A DNA stretch of 64,000 nucleotides from NCBI GenBank assembly GCA_963724765.1, contig CAVRVY010000001.1:288001-352000 (forward strand), read 5' to 3'. Below, piece after piece: positions 30,108-40,423 of this stretch (position 1 is its first letter; the number at the start of each line of letters is the position of its first letter). The translations under genes and the position numbers were made by a program. The notes under the pieces are model-generated. The model had not been told where the DNA came from. It searched no databases and saw only the letters and a program-made list of their open reading frames with translations. This DNA is from an uncultured delta proteobacterium. Lineage in GTDB: Bacteria > Desulfobacterota > Binatia > Binatales > Binataceae.

Positions 30108-32630
30108 ATGAAGGCTGGACAGCATATTCGACGCAGCTTATCACTGGGTATGGTATTGACGATGGCCGGGTTAATGATGGCCAGCGTCGCACTCGCCCAG
30201 CAAATCACCGGTGTGCCTGGTTCGCCCAGCGCGATCGTGACGCTTGAGGGAAGACAACTCCCGCCGCCTCCGTTGCCGTTCGGCGGTGTAATCAAGGAAA
30301 GCTACCTGGATTCGAAGCCATACTGGCCGCCGCGCGTGGTGCCGCCCAAGGGCGCACCTAATATTCTCCTCATTATGACCGACGACCAGGGTTACGGCGT
30401 TTCGAGCACCTTCGGCGGCGTCATTCCAACGCCCGCGCTGGATCGCATCGCCAAGGCGGGATTACGTTACACGCAGTTCCATTCCACTGCGTTGTGCTCG
30501 CCCACCCGCGCCGCGCTCATTACGGGGCGCAATCATCACTCGGTCGGCTTCGGCGTGATCGGCGAGCTGTCCACGGGTTATCCGGGCTATGACTCCATTA
30601 TCGGGCCGGAAAACGCCACCATCGGCACGATCCTCCGCGACAACGGTTACGCCACCTCGTGGTTTGGCAAGAACCACAACACACCGAGCTTTCAATACAG
30701 CGTCGCCGGGCCCTTCGACCAATGGCCGGTCGGGATGGGCTTCCAGTATTTCTACGGGTTCATGGGCGGTGAGACCGACCAATGGACGCCTTATCTTTTT
30801 CGCAATACGACTCCGGTGTTTCCATGGATCGGCAAGCCCGGTTACAACCTCACCACTGACCTGGCGGATGACGCGATCGCGCATATGCGCGAATTGAACG
30901 CGTCTGCACCTGACAAGCCTTTCTTCGTCTATTACGTGCCCGGTGGCACCCACTCGCCGCACCAGCCGACCAAGGAATGGATCGACAAGTTCAAAGGCAA
31001 GTTCGACATGGGCTATGAAAAGTTGCGCGAGGAGATTTTCGCCAACCAGAAACGGCTCGGCGTGATCCCCGCGAACACCCAGCTCACCCCGTGGCCCGAC
31101 GGGCAGGCCGCGTATGCCGGCGCAAAGCTACCGAGGTGGAACTCGCTATCACTCGTACAAAAGAAACTGTACGCGCGTGAGGTGGAGGTGTTCGCGGGTT
31201 ACGCCGCCTATACCGACCATGAGATTGGCCGGGTGATTCAAGAAGTCCAGGACGAGGGCAAACTCGACAACACGCTCATCATCTATATTTGCGGCGACAA
31301 TGGCACCAGTGCCGAAGGCACTCTGTACGGAACCTTCAATCAGCTCACCGCCTACAATGGCATTCTGGACGCTTTCATGCCATTGCAATTACTGCACTAT
31401 GCAGACTGGGGCTCGGATAAGACTTATCCACATATGGCAGTGCAATGGGCGTGGGCGTTCGACACTCCGTTCAAATGGACCAAGCAGGTGGCGTCGCATT
31501 TCGGCGGCACGCGTCAGGGACTGGCTATAAGCTGGCCCGGACATATTAATGATGCAGGGGGCATCCGCACGCAGTTCCACCACGTCATTGATATCGTGCC
31601 GACGATCCTCGAAGCCACGGGTATCAGGGCGCCCGAGGAGGTCAACGGCATCAAGCAGAAGCCGATCGAGGGCGTGAGCATGGCCTACACGTTTGACAAG
31701 GCGAATGCCAATGCTCCGTCGAAGCGCAACACGCAGTATTTCGAATTGGCCGGCAACCGCGGGATTTACCACGACGGGTGGATGGCCAACACGACTCCGC
31801 CCATGCCGGTGTGGAACCTGGCAACGGGCAAGCTGCCCGACCTCATCACCGGCTACAAGTGGGAGCTTTACAACATCGCCGAAGACTACTCGCAATCCAA
31901 CGACCTCGCCGCGAAGATGCCTGACAAGCTAAAAGAAATGCAGGCGTTGTTCATGACAGAGGCGGCGAAATACAACGTCTTCCCTTTGGATAACCGGGCC
32001 TTCGCGCGCCTCCTTACGCCGCGACCGAGCGCAATCGCCGGGCGAACTGTTTTCACCTACACAGGGGAGAACGCCGGCATTCCCCTCGGAAATGCTCCCA
32101 GCATTTTGGACAAGGACTACACTATCACCGCTCAAGTGACTATCCCCAAAGGCGGGGCGGAAGGAATGATCGTGACGCTCGGTGGCCGCTTCGGCGGCTA
32201 TGGCCTCTACCTCCTCAATGGCAAGCCGGTCTTCGACTACAACCTTCTCGATCTGACGCACTACCGCTGGGAGGGGGGACCTTTAGGCCACGGCGTGTTG
32301 GCTCAAGCGCTAAAGCCGGGCAAGCACACGATAGTCTTCGACTTCAAATACGAAGGCCCCGGGCCCGGCAAGGGCGGCACCGGCGTGTTTACGGTGGATG
32401 GCAAGGAGATAGCTCGCAAGAAAATCCCGCACACGATTCCGCTGATGATGGCCATCGACGAGACCTTCGACATTGGGATCGATACCCGTACGCCGGTGAA
32501 CGACAGCTATAAACTGCCGTTTCGCTTCACCGGCACGATCGACAAGCTGACGTTCAACCTCGGGCCAGAACAATTGACGGACGCGGACCGAAAGATCATT
32601 GCGGAACGACTCGCGCGGGCGCGGGACTAG
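30108..32630 (+). CDS. Large arylsulfatase with C-terminal LamG-like extension
   Basis: APNILLIMTDDQG, LCSPTRAALITGRNHH, FGKNH, GDNG, FHHVIDIVPT. Confidence 0.95.
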   Translation: MKAGQHIRRSLSLGMVLTMAGLMMASVALAQQITGVPGSPSAIVTLEGRQLPPPPLPFGGVIKESYLDSKPYWPPRVVPPKGAPNILLIMTDDQGYGVSSTFGGVIPTPALDRIAKAGLRYTQFHSTALCSPTRAALITGRNHHSVGFGVIGELSTGYPGYDSIIGPENATIGTILRDNGYATSWFGKNHNTPSFQYSVAGPFDQWPVGMGFQYFYGFMGGETDQWTPYLFRNTTPVFPWIGKPGYNLTTDLADDAIAHMRELNASAPDKPFFVYYVPGGTHSPHQPTKEWIDKFKGKFDMGYEKLREEIFANQKRLGVIPANTQLTPWPDGQAAYAGAKLPRWNSLSLVQKKLYAREVEVFAGYAAYTDHEIGRVIQEVQDEGKLDNTLIIYICGDNGTSAEGTLYGTFNQLTAYNGILDAFMPLQLLHYADWGSDKTYPHMAVQWAWAFDTPFKWTKQVASHFGGTRQGLAISWPGHINDAGGIRTQFHHVIDIVPTILEATGIRAPEEVNGIKQKPIEGVSMAYTFDKANANAPSKRNTQYFELAGNRGIYHDGWMANTTPPMPVWNLATGKLPDLITGYKWELYNIAEDYSQSNDLAAKMPDKLKEMQALFMTEAAKYNVFPLDNRAFARLLTPRPSAIAGRTVFTYTGENAGIPLGNAPSILDKDYTITAQVTIPKGGAEGMIVTLGGRFGGYGLYLLNGKPVFDYNLLDLTHYRWEGGPLGHGVLAQALKPGKHTIVFDFKYEGPGPGKGGTGVFTVDGKEIARKKIPHTIPLMMAIDETFDIGIDTRTPVNDSYKLPFRFTGTIDKLTFNLGPEQLTDADRKIIAERLARARD

Positions 32631-32654
32631 GTAACGAAGCGAGCGACAAAAACA

Positions 32655-33092
32655 TTGCCTATCGTTTCTGATTGCTGGAGGTTCAACAGTTCCTCTCCCG
32701 CCAGTACTCTACTCACCGCGACGGCGGCGATTGAACTGGGAGCTGGTCTGGCGCTGCTGAGTTGTCCCTCGGCGACGGCGGTGCTCCTGATCGGCGCACC
32801 GCTGGAGACCGCCGCCGCATTGTCCGTGGCGCGCGTGGCCGGCACTGCGTTGCTCACGCTGGGTGCCGCCTGCTGGCTTGCGCGTGCTGACGCGCACACC
32901 CGTGCCGCGAACGGATTGCTCGCCGCGATGGTGCTCTACAATCTCGGCGTGGCCGTGATCCTCGGCGCGGCGGGCATCGGGTCGCAGGCGGACGGCATAG
33001 CCTTGTGGCCGGCCGTTGTACTGCACGCGGCGATGACTGTCTGGTGCCTCGGAATCATTCTCGCTGGCGCCACTGGCCACGTCACGAAATGA
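32655..33092 (+). CDS. Hypothetical membrane protein, start unclear
   Basis: About four hydrophobic helices; no good start codon near the hydrophobic core. Confidence 0.6.
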   Translation: MPIVSDCWRFNSSSPASTLLTATAAIELGAGLALLSCPSATAVLLIGAPLETAAALSVARVAGTALLTLGAACWLARADAHTRAANGLLAAMVLYNLGVAVILGAAGIGSQADGIALWPAVVLHAAMTVWCLGIILAGATGHVTK

Positions 33093-33128
33093 AGACACGA
33101 GAACCTAACGCAATGGAGGAGACATGTC

Positions 33129-33413
33129 ATGAATAAACGATACCTGCTCGCCCTGGCCCCTGCGATATTGCTATCTGCCGGCGTAGCCAGTGCTCAGCAC
33201 CCGATGCTGGACGCGGTGGCCAACCGGGTCGTTCAGAAATATCAGCAATCGTCATGTGATCAGTTGTGGCAGCAGAGGGGCCAGCCGAAATCGCAGAGGG
33301 AACAGGAAGCCATACAGCTTCTGCGCGACGACCCGCAGTTACGCGCTGCCTTTGTCGACAAAGTAGCGGCGCCGATTGCCAACAAGCTATTCGAATGCGG
33401 CATGATCCCGTGA
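33129..33413 (+). CDS. Small secreted hypothetical protein with two Cys
   Basis: GGAGGAG RBS, signal peptide, KYQQSSCDQLW...NKLFECGMIP. Confidence 0.8.
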   Translation: MNKRYLLALAPAILLSAGVASAQHPMLDAVANRVVQKYQQSSCDQLWQQRGQPKSQREQEAIQLLRDDPQLRAAFVDKVAAPIANKLFECGMIP

Positions 33414-33489
33414 TTGTCGCCGGGCAGGACAAGATAACAGGAACGAGTAACGCGTGGCTGAAATCGGAAGAGATGTCCGCGGACACACG

Positions 33490-34917
33490 ATGGATGGAAT
33501 AACTCGCCGCGGGTTTGTCCGAGCCGTACTTGCTTCTTCGGCTTTATACGGAATCGGATGCGGTTCCGGTAGCAACTACACTCCACCGACGCCGCCGCCT
33601 TCAGCCTGCGGCTCGCTCGACTGCGCAATCGTGGGGGCGGGAATTGCGGGTATGAGTGCGGCGAGCACTTTGATTGCGGCTGGAAAAAATGTGCTAGTGC
33701 TCGAGGCCCGCAATCGCGTCGGCGGGCGGGCGCTGAGCGACAACAGTTTCGCTACCCCGGTCGACCTGGGCGCGGAGTGGTTTTCCTTTGTCACGCCTAA
33801 GAGCGGTGGCAGTCCCGGACAGACCAACAACGCGCTGTTCGACATCGCGGCGAGCCGCGGCCTGCAAGTGTTTGCCGACACTTATCCGCGCGTCTTCTAT
33901 GACATAACTCCTCCGCCGACGCCGCTCCCACCAAGCGATCCAAACGTAATCGCTGCGACCGCGACGTTTGCCTCGATGCTCGCGCTTATCAACTCGGCAG
34001 CAACGTCGGGCCCCGACATATCGGCGGCGGTGGCGACCGCGTCGCTCGCTTTGGACAAGTTGTACAATCTCGGCGCAGGCATCATCAGCACCCTGCACGG
34101 CGCCGACTTGGACGTCCTCAGCGTCCTCGACCTCTTCAACTTCACGCAACTCGGGCTGCCAATCACAGTTCCCTCCGCTGACAATCGCCTCCTCCCGAGT
34201 GGAATGGGCAACTTCATTGCCACCTTCGCCAACGGAGTACCGGTTAGGCTGAACACTCCGGTGACCTCGATCAGCTGGGACAATCCCTGCGGCGTGCAGA
34301 TCAGCACGCCGGCGGGAGTCGTGAATGCCAGCACGGCGATTGTTACCGTACCGCTGAGCGTGCTCGCGTCAGAGAGGCTGACCTTCAGTCCCGCGCTGCC
34401 CTCGCAGTACCAGGATGCGATCAGCAACCTGCCGATGGGCGTGGTCGAGAAAATCGCACTCCAGTTCAACCAGGACATCTTCAACGTAGGAACAATTAAT
34501 ACTCTCGCGACTCCGCTGGTCGACAAAGTCAACAACTCCTTCGTACAGGCTCAACTATTTGGCAAGAACATCGGAATCTGCTTTGTCGGCGGCGACCTCG
34601 CGAGGAGCCTCATCGCTGCGGGCGGCACCGCGCTCGTTGACTTCGCGCTCGCCACGATGGAGTCAATGTTCGGAAGCTCGGTCAGCGGTGCCTTCGTGAG
34701 GGGACAGAGCTCCTCGTGGCTGAGCGATCCTTTCAGCCTGGGGGCCTTCACCTACGCCGTGCCCGGAGCGGTGCCGTTGCGCACCGCGCTGGCGACGCCG
34801 GTCGCTAATCAGATCTTCTTTGCTGGCGAAGCTCTGTCGGTTCTCAAGCACGGCTCTTTGCCCGGCGCTTACGATTCCGGCCAGACCGCCGCGCGGTTAG
34901 TGCTCGAAGCGCTTTGA
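33490..34917 (+). CDS. Flavin monoamine oxidase family protein, Tat lipoprotein signal
   Basis: TRRGFV..GIGC; IVGAGIAG, LEARNRVGGR, DLGAEW, FFAGEA, GAYDSG. Confidence 0.9.
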   Translation: MDGITRRGFVRAVLASSALYGIGCGSGSNYTPPTPPPSACGSLDCAIVGAGIAGMSAASTLIAAGKNVLVLEARNRVGGRALSDNSFATPVDLGAEWFSFVTPKSGGSPGQTNNALFDIAASRGLQVFADTYPRVFYDITPPPTPLPPSDPNVIAATATFASMLALINSAATSGPDISAAVATASLALDKLYNLGAGIISTLHGADLDVLSVLDLFNFTQLGLPITVPSADNRLLPSGMGNFIATFANGVPVRLNTPVTSISWDNPCGVQISTPAGVVNASTAIVTVPLSVLASERLTFSPALPSQYQDAISNLPMGVVEKIALQFNQDIFNVGTINTLATPLVDKVNNSFVQAQLFGKNIGICFVGGDLARSLIAAGGTALVDFALATMESMFGSSVSGAFVRGQSSSWLSDPFSLGAFTYAVPGAVPLRTALATPVANQIFFAGEALSVLKHGSLPGAYDSGQTAARLVLEAL

Positions 34918-36260
34918 CTCTGAGGGGTCCGGAGGTGAGAAGGGTAAGGAAACATTGCGGGGACAGGGTCGGCGTGGCCGCATACGCCGCGATTGCGATG
35001 GGGCTGGTTTTTCTGGGACTCGTCGCGGCTCCGCCAAGCGTGTGGAGCGCCGGCTTCATGCTGTACGAACAGGGGACGCCGGATGTCGGGCTGGCCTCGG
35101 CCGGTCAGGGCGCCCGCGCCCAGGATGCGTCGGCGGTCTTTACCAATCCCGCCGGGATGACGCAGCTCAAGGATTCGCAACTGCTGGTTGGGGTTGAACC
35201 GCTCTTCGGCAATTACACCTTCAGTCCCAACGCCAAGACCAGCCTCAAGGGCACCAATGGAGGCAATGCCGCGGTGCCGCTCCCCAGCGGAAGTTTCTTT
35301 TACGTGCACAGTCTCACGCCGAACCTGAAGCTGGGTTTTGGCAGCTACTCATATTTCGCGGGGGCTCTCGAAAACAACCTCAACTGGGTCGGGAGATACT
35401 ACATCCAGGGAGAGACCATGCTGGGGATGTCATTTCAGCCTTCGATCGCGTTCCGCGCCGCGGACTGGCTATCGATCGGCGGCGGCCCCAGCGTGATGAT
35501 GGGATTTTTACGCGCCAAGGCCGGTATCAACACCCTCAATCCGCGGCTTGGCGACGGCCAGGTAAGATACCAGAACTGGACCGTGAACGTTGGCGGCAAC
35601 ATAGGAATACTGCTCACGCCGCGCGACGGCACGCGGATCGGAATCGACTATCTCACTCCGGTGAATCTCAACTTCAGCGACGCGCCTCATTTCGTAGGTT
35701 TGGGACCGCTGGTGACCAGGGCGATCAGCAATGACAAGCTCCGCTCGCCAAAAACAAATCTCGGCATGCAGGTGCCGCAGCAACTGATGGGCGACTTTTA
35801 TCAGAAAATCACCGAGCGGATGGCGCTGCTCGGCAGCGTCGGGTGGCAGAACTGGAGCCAGTTCGGACTGGTGGATATCAGCATCGATACGGCCAACCCG
35901 AAGAGCCTGACCAAGAACCTGCACTTCCAGGACACGTTCCATCTCGCCGCCGGTACGCAATATCAGCTTATGCCGCAGTGGATGCTGTCGTGCGGGTTCG
36001 CCTTCGACAATTCGGCGGTCGGTACCCCGATGCGCACGGTCAGCCTTCCGGTCGGCGACCAGTATCGTTTCGGGGCCGGAGTTCAATACGCGTATAGCAA
36101 GAAAATCACGTTCGGGTTTGCGGACGAGTTCATGTACCAGGGCGAGCTGCCAATCTATCAGAACGAAGGTCCTGTCAGAGGCACGGTGGCGGGGCAATAC
36201 ACCAACACTTTCTTCAATTTCTTCAGCCTAAATATGGCCTACAAGTTCGGAATCGACTGA
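34914..36260 (+). CDS. FadL/OmpP1-family outer-membrane transport protein
   Basis: AGFMLYEQG...GLASAG..ARAQDAS.VFTNPAGM, WQNWSQF, C-terminal YKF. Confidence 0.9.
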   Translation: MTLRGPEVRRVRKHCGDRVGVAAYAAIAMGLVFLGLVAAPPSVWSAGFMLYEQGTPDVGLASAGQGARAQDASAVFTNPAGMTQLKDSQLLVGVEPLFGNYTFSPNAKTSLKGTNGGNAAVPLPSGSFFYVHSLTPNLKLGFGSYSYFAGALENNLNWVGRYYIQGETMLGMSFQPSIAFRAADWLSIGGGPSVMMGFLRAKAGINTLNPRLGDGQVRYQNWTVNVGGNIGILLTPRDGTRIGIDYLTPVNLNFSDAPHFVGLGPLVTRAISNDKLRSPKTNLGMQVPQQLMGDFYQKITERMALLGSVGWQNWSQFGLVDISIDTANPKSLTKNLHFQDTFHLAAGTQYQLMPQWMLSCGFAFDNSAVGTPMRTVSLPVGDQYRFGAGVQYAYSKKITFGFADEFMYQGELPIYQNEGPVRGTVAGQYTNTFFNFFSLNMAYKFGID

Positions 36261-36426
36261 ATGCAATCGAAAGCCATCAGCGCTTTTGCCGAATCATCAC
36301 GCCGAGACTTTGGTCGACCGCGGGCTATCGGTTGGCCGCGGCGCGCAACTGATGCCCGCGCGCTGCGCACCGCGCACGACAGGATTCCGTCCCGAGGTGA
36401 GCGGTGACTGGACAACTTCGATCAGA

Positions 36427-37239
36427 TCATTTCAGTATCGAATGCTTGCGGCAGAAATCGGTAGTCAGTTTGGCGATTAGAGCCGGATCCTCGAACATCG
36501 GATAGTGACCGATACCTTTTAGGTAAGCCACCTCGGCATTTTTCAACAGCTTGACGGTTTCTTCGACTAGCGCCTTGGGCACCCAGAAATCGTCCTCGCC
36601 ACATACCACCAGCATCGGACATTCGACCGCGCCGAGCAGTGCGCGGACGTCGTGAGCCGCCCAGGCCACCAGGTCCCCCACCGCGCTGACCTGCGGGCCT
36701 CGATGCTGCCAGCGCAGCTCAAGGATTTTTTCCGCCGAACAGTTGCGATTGAGCGATTCGGTCGCTGCCCGCTCGAGCTGATCCTGCCATCCCGGTCCCC
36801 AGGCAGGATGGGTTAACCCGGTGGGGCTCGGAAAAGTTGGCGAGCGGGAGAGGCCCTCCATCGGAATTCCCGCGGCCATCTCGCGCCAGTGATGCGCGGC
36901 GTAATCGAGCGTGATATCGCCGCCGATCGAGCATCCCATGATCACTGGCTTCTTCAACCCGAGAGTATTTGCGAAGGCGTGAACGAACTCGGCGTGTTCG
37001 TGGATCGTGCGATGCGGCGTCCAGTTGACCGGGTAGGAGCGGAAGTGGCCCGGAAGATCCAGCGCATAGGCGTGAAAGCCGCGCTCCGCCAGCAAGGGCA
37101 ACAGGTACGTGTATTCCAGTGAGCATGCGCCGGCAGTATGGACGCAGACTATCGGATAACCCTCGCCAATCTCGTCGTAGAAAATCCTGGTGCCGTTGAC
37201 CTTGACGTAGTGCCCTCGAATATCTTCGGTGCTTGCCAT
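36427..37239 (-). CDS. Alpha/beta hydrolase
   Basis: HTAG, DLPGH, GCSIGG nucleophile elbow, GEDD, GHYPMFE. Confidence 0.9.
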   Translation of the reverse strand: MASTEDIRGHYVKVNGTRIFYDEIGEGYPIVCVHTAGACSLEYTYLLPLLAERGFHAYALDLPGHFRSYPVNWTPHRTIHEHAEFVHAFANTLGLKKPVIMGCSIGGDITLDYAAHHWREMAAGIPMEGLSRSPTFPSPTGLTHPAWGPGWQDQLERAATESLNRNCSAEKILELRWQHRGPQVSAVGDLVAWAAHDVRALLGAVECPMLVVCGEDDFWVPKALVEETVKLLKNAEVAYLKGIGHYPMFEDPALIAKLTTDFCRKHSILK

Positions 37240-37251
37240 AATCCGATTCCT

Positions 37252-37686
37252 TTAACGCGCGTTCGCGCGCACGCAATCGCGCAGGACGTAGGCCATCTGG
37301 AACATCGCTTCGGTTAGGCGTCCGGCTTCGAGCAGATTGCCTTCGGTGCGGATTTCGACCTGAAGCTCGCCGACCCTCGAAAGCGTGGGGTCGTCCTCGA
37401 AGTACCGTTTGCCCGGATAGGTTAGATCCGACCACAGCCGTTGCCCGCTGGTGAGCAATTTCCAGGACGCTTCGCTGCCCGAAAATTTGAAGGTGTAGCC
37501 GAAAGGAGGAACGGCGGGCTGATGGTCGATGACTTTGCCCTTGTAAACCTTCAGCCACAGCAGATCGGTGCCGACTTCGAGCAGGACCGATCCGTCAAAC
37601 CATTGCGCCTGTTCGTTGAAGACCGGATGCGCGTTGAGCGCGGAAACGAAGCGCTCCTGGAGCGCGCGATCAGCTAAAAATGACAT
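37252..37686 (-). CDS. Hypothetical protein, possibly SCP2-like fold
   Basis: GGAGG RBS; co-oriented with the hydrolase; fold assignment is inference. Confidence 0.65.
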   Translation of the reverse strand: MSFLADRALQERFVSALNAHPVFNEQAQWFDGSVLLEVGTDLLWLKVYKGKVIDHQPAVPPFGYTFKFSGSEASWKLLTSGQRLWSDLTYPGKRYFEDDPTLSRVGELQVEIRTEGNLLEAGRLTEAMFQMAYVLRDCVRANAR

Positions 37687-37899
37687 GACATTCCTCCGTT
37701 GTTTCGCTGATCGAGAGCCAAATCGCTCGGTCGCAATGGCGGAAGCACTATGACGCTTCCAAGAGTTTCGGCTGTGAAGTTCAAAAACTATCTACGCAAG
37801 GAGTGCCGCCAGCTCCACATATGCGGGAGAATAATGATGTCTGCCCGATCGTGCAATCGATGAGGGCTGCCACATTTTCCAGGTGAAGCGCTTCGCGAT

Positions 37900-38260
37900 G
37901 GTGCGTTGGGTCATTTCGTGGCCGTCGGTGCGCAAGAAGAGGTGGCGGATTCCGGGTTGGCTGGATGGCTTGCGAGCCGCCGCTCCCAGCGTGACATGGC
38001 GAACGGCGTCTGCGATGAGCGACGGCGCCAGCGACCGAATGATCACATCGAAGCTGTCGTTGGCGTCGAGCTTGGCGGCACTCGCAGCCCGTAACGTCAC
38101 CGTCGGCGGGAGCAGCTTCTGCGCTTGCGTCACACGTTCGGCGATGAGATCGATGCCCTTGAGATTTTCCGGCCGAGCCCCCCACTGAATGAATTTTTGC
38201 AGCCACTCACCGGATCCACCTCCGATATCGAGAACCTTAAGCCGCTTGAGTCGGGTACAG
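37900..38260 (-). pseudogene. Class I SAM methyltransferase remnant
   Basis: KVLDIGGGSGEWL..FIQWGARPENLKGIDL...DSFDVII, then an apparent internal deletion. Confidence 0.7.
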
Positions 38261-38422
38261 CCGTGGCGACGACGTGAAATACCAAGCGTGTGCGAACGTG
38301 ACAAGCTTGACTTGGCCTCCTACTTGGCCGAAGATGTTTCATTTAGAATGTCAAGAATGTAGAACCCGACATAGAATGCTTCTAACTCCCAACATACGAG
38401 CGACAGAGTTATTTATCGACAC

Positions 38423-40423
38423 ATGCGGTGCAAACAATCGTTTCAAGCGCTTATATGGCTATGTTTTTATCTTTTGCTATTGACCGGCAGCCGTCCCGCC
38501 TCAGCCGCGTGTTCGCAGGACTATTGGGTGTCTCCAAACGGCAACGACGATGGCACGGGCACTGTCGATGACCCATTTCTGACCCTGGATCACGCTAGGC
38601 AGGTCGTACGGCAGAACACGCGCAGAGGTCAATGCACCATCTATGTCAATGTCAAATCAGGGACCTACGCACTCACCACGCCCCTTATATTCGATTCGTC
38701 CGATTCCGGGTCTCCACAAGCAAAAGTAGTTTACAGGGCTGCCCCGGGTAATCTCTCCCCGGCGATTATTTCCGGGGGTATCCCTGTGGTAAATTTTACG
38801 TGCACCTCCGCCAACATCTGCACCAGCACCCTGGCCGATCTGCCTGCCGGAATAATGCCGCGTCAGTTCTACGCAAACGGCCAGCGGGCTATCCGCGCAC
38901 GCTCGAACTACGGTCAAGCCGTCAATCTCAATTATATTCGCGTATCAAATGGCTATACGCAGATCCTTCCTCAGTCTTTCAGCCATCCGGAGCTGATGGA
39001 GGCAGTTACGGTAACGCAATGGAAGATGATGCGGTGTCCTATCGCGAGCCTGTCCGGAAACACCCTCGTCGTGCAAAATCCATGTTGGGACAATGCCAAT
39101 TCCTACTCGAGCCCCGTAAACTTTCAGCTGCTCAGTTGGCTGGAAAATGCTCCGGAATTCGTGACAGTACCCAACATGTGGTATCTCGACCCCTATAGCC
39201 AACAATTAACCTATTACAATACCCGCTCTGGCAGCCCTCAAGGCGCTGTCTTGCCGGTACTGGAAAATCTGGTCGAACTGATAGGAACTCCCACCAAGCC
39301 GATAACAGATATATCTTTTAACGGACTGCAATTCTCTTATGCTACCTGGCTGGAACCCAATACAAACAACGGGTATGTAACCGACCAGAGCAGCTACATA
39401 TTGATGGGTAGTGGATATGAACCGAATACGATCGGTCACCAGCAGATTACCTATAAAACACTCGGCAATGTAACTCTTAGATATGCGCGTAATATTATTT
39501 TCAGGGGCAATACTTTCAGCCACCTGGGCGGTGTGGCTTTGGATCTCGACACCGGCAGCCAAAACAACATGATACTCAGGAATACCTTCACCGACATATC
39601 CTCAACTGCAATTCAGGTCGGCGGACTTTCTCCCATTGATGCTCGGCCTAACAATGCGCAGAAGACCAGCCACAACCTGGTGCTAAACAATACCGTCTCA
39701 TACACTGGCCGAGACTATTATGACTCAGCCGGAGTCTTCGTCGGCTTCACGACTGGCACTCAGATAATCCATAATACCATTAGCCATACTCCGTGGAGCA
39801 GCCTCGCCATCGGTTGGGGATGGGGACTGCTCGACGATCCGAGTTTTCCGGGGGTGCCGACTGCTGTTCCAGGAATGTGGGGCACATACAATACCCCGAC
39901 TATTGCCAGCAATAACGAGATCGTGAGCAATAAATTTGAGTATTTCCTGGAACAATTGTGGGACGGTGGGGCAATCTATACCAATGGTTCGCAAGGCCCG
40001 AACTTTGCCAAGGGTCTCCTGATTGAATTGAACGTCGCTGAAAACAAACGGCCGCGCGGAGGTGGCAATATCTATTACACTGACGGCGGGAGTCAATATG
40101 TAACGCTTCGGCAGAATGTGTCTCTCAACGATCCGGTCGGAGTTGCTGATTTTGGTCCTTGCTCAACCGGATCGTCGATACCAAACTACTGCGCCATCAC
40201 TGGGTTTCCGTATGGTTCCGATTTTGGCGGGTGTCTTCCGGTAGGAAATCTGACCTATACTGAAAATTATTTCCTCAACCCGATCGACTTTTATGGACCG
40301 CAGATCTGTGCAAACGATTATGTTCCGGCGTATCCGATCAATTTGACGATCCGGAACAACATTCAAACCATATCAGCAGACCAGGTCCCGGGTTGGATAC
40401 TTTCCCAGGCCGGCGTCAAATAA
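38423..40423 (+). CDS. Secreted right-handed beta-helix protein (glycoside hydrolase/pectin-lyase-like)
   Basis: YWVSPNGNDDGTGT.DDPFLTL..AR, ISGG, QFYANGQRAIRAR, WYLD, DGGAIYT; Asn-rich repeats. Confidence 0.85.
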   Translation: MRCKQSFQALIWLCFYLLLLTGSRPASAACSQDYWVSPNGNDDGTGTVDDPFLTLDHARQVVRQNTRRGQCTIYVNVKSGTYALTTPLIFDSSDSGSPQAKVVYRAAPGNLSPAIISGGIPVVNFTCTSANICTSTLADLPAGIMPRQFYANGQRAIRARSNYGQAVNLNYIRVSNGYTQILPQSFSHPELMEAVTVTQWKMMRCPIASLSGNTLVVQNPCWDNANSYSSPVNFQLLSWLENAPEFVTVPNMWYLDPYSQQLTYYNTRSGSPQGAVLPVLENLVELIGTPTKPITDISFNGLQFSYATWLEPNTNNGYVTDQSSYILMGSGYEPNTIGHQQITYKTLGNVTLRYARNIIFRGNTFSHLGGVALDLDTGSQNNMILRNTFTDISSTAIQVGGLSPIDARPNNAQKTSHNLVLNNTVSYTGRDYYDSAGVFVGFTTGTQIIHNTISHTPWSSLAIGWGWGLLDDPSFPGVPTAVPGMWGTYNTPTIASNNEIVSNKFEYFLEQLWDGGAIYTNGSQGPNFAKGLLIELNVAENKRPRGGGNIYYTDGGSQYVTLRQNVSLNDPVGVADFGPCSTGSSIPNYCAITGFPYGSDFGGCLPVGNLTYTENYFLNPIDFYGPQICANDYVPAYPINLTIRNNIQTISADQVPGWILSQAGVK

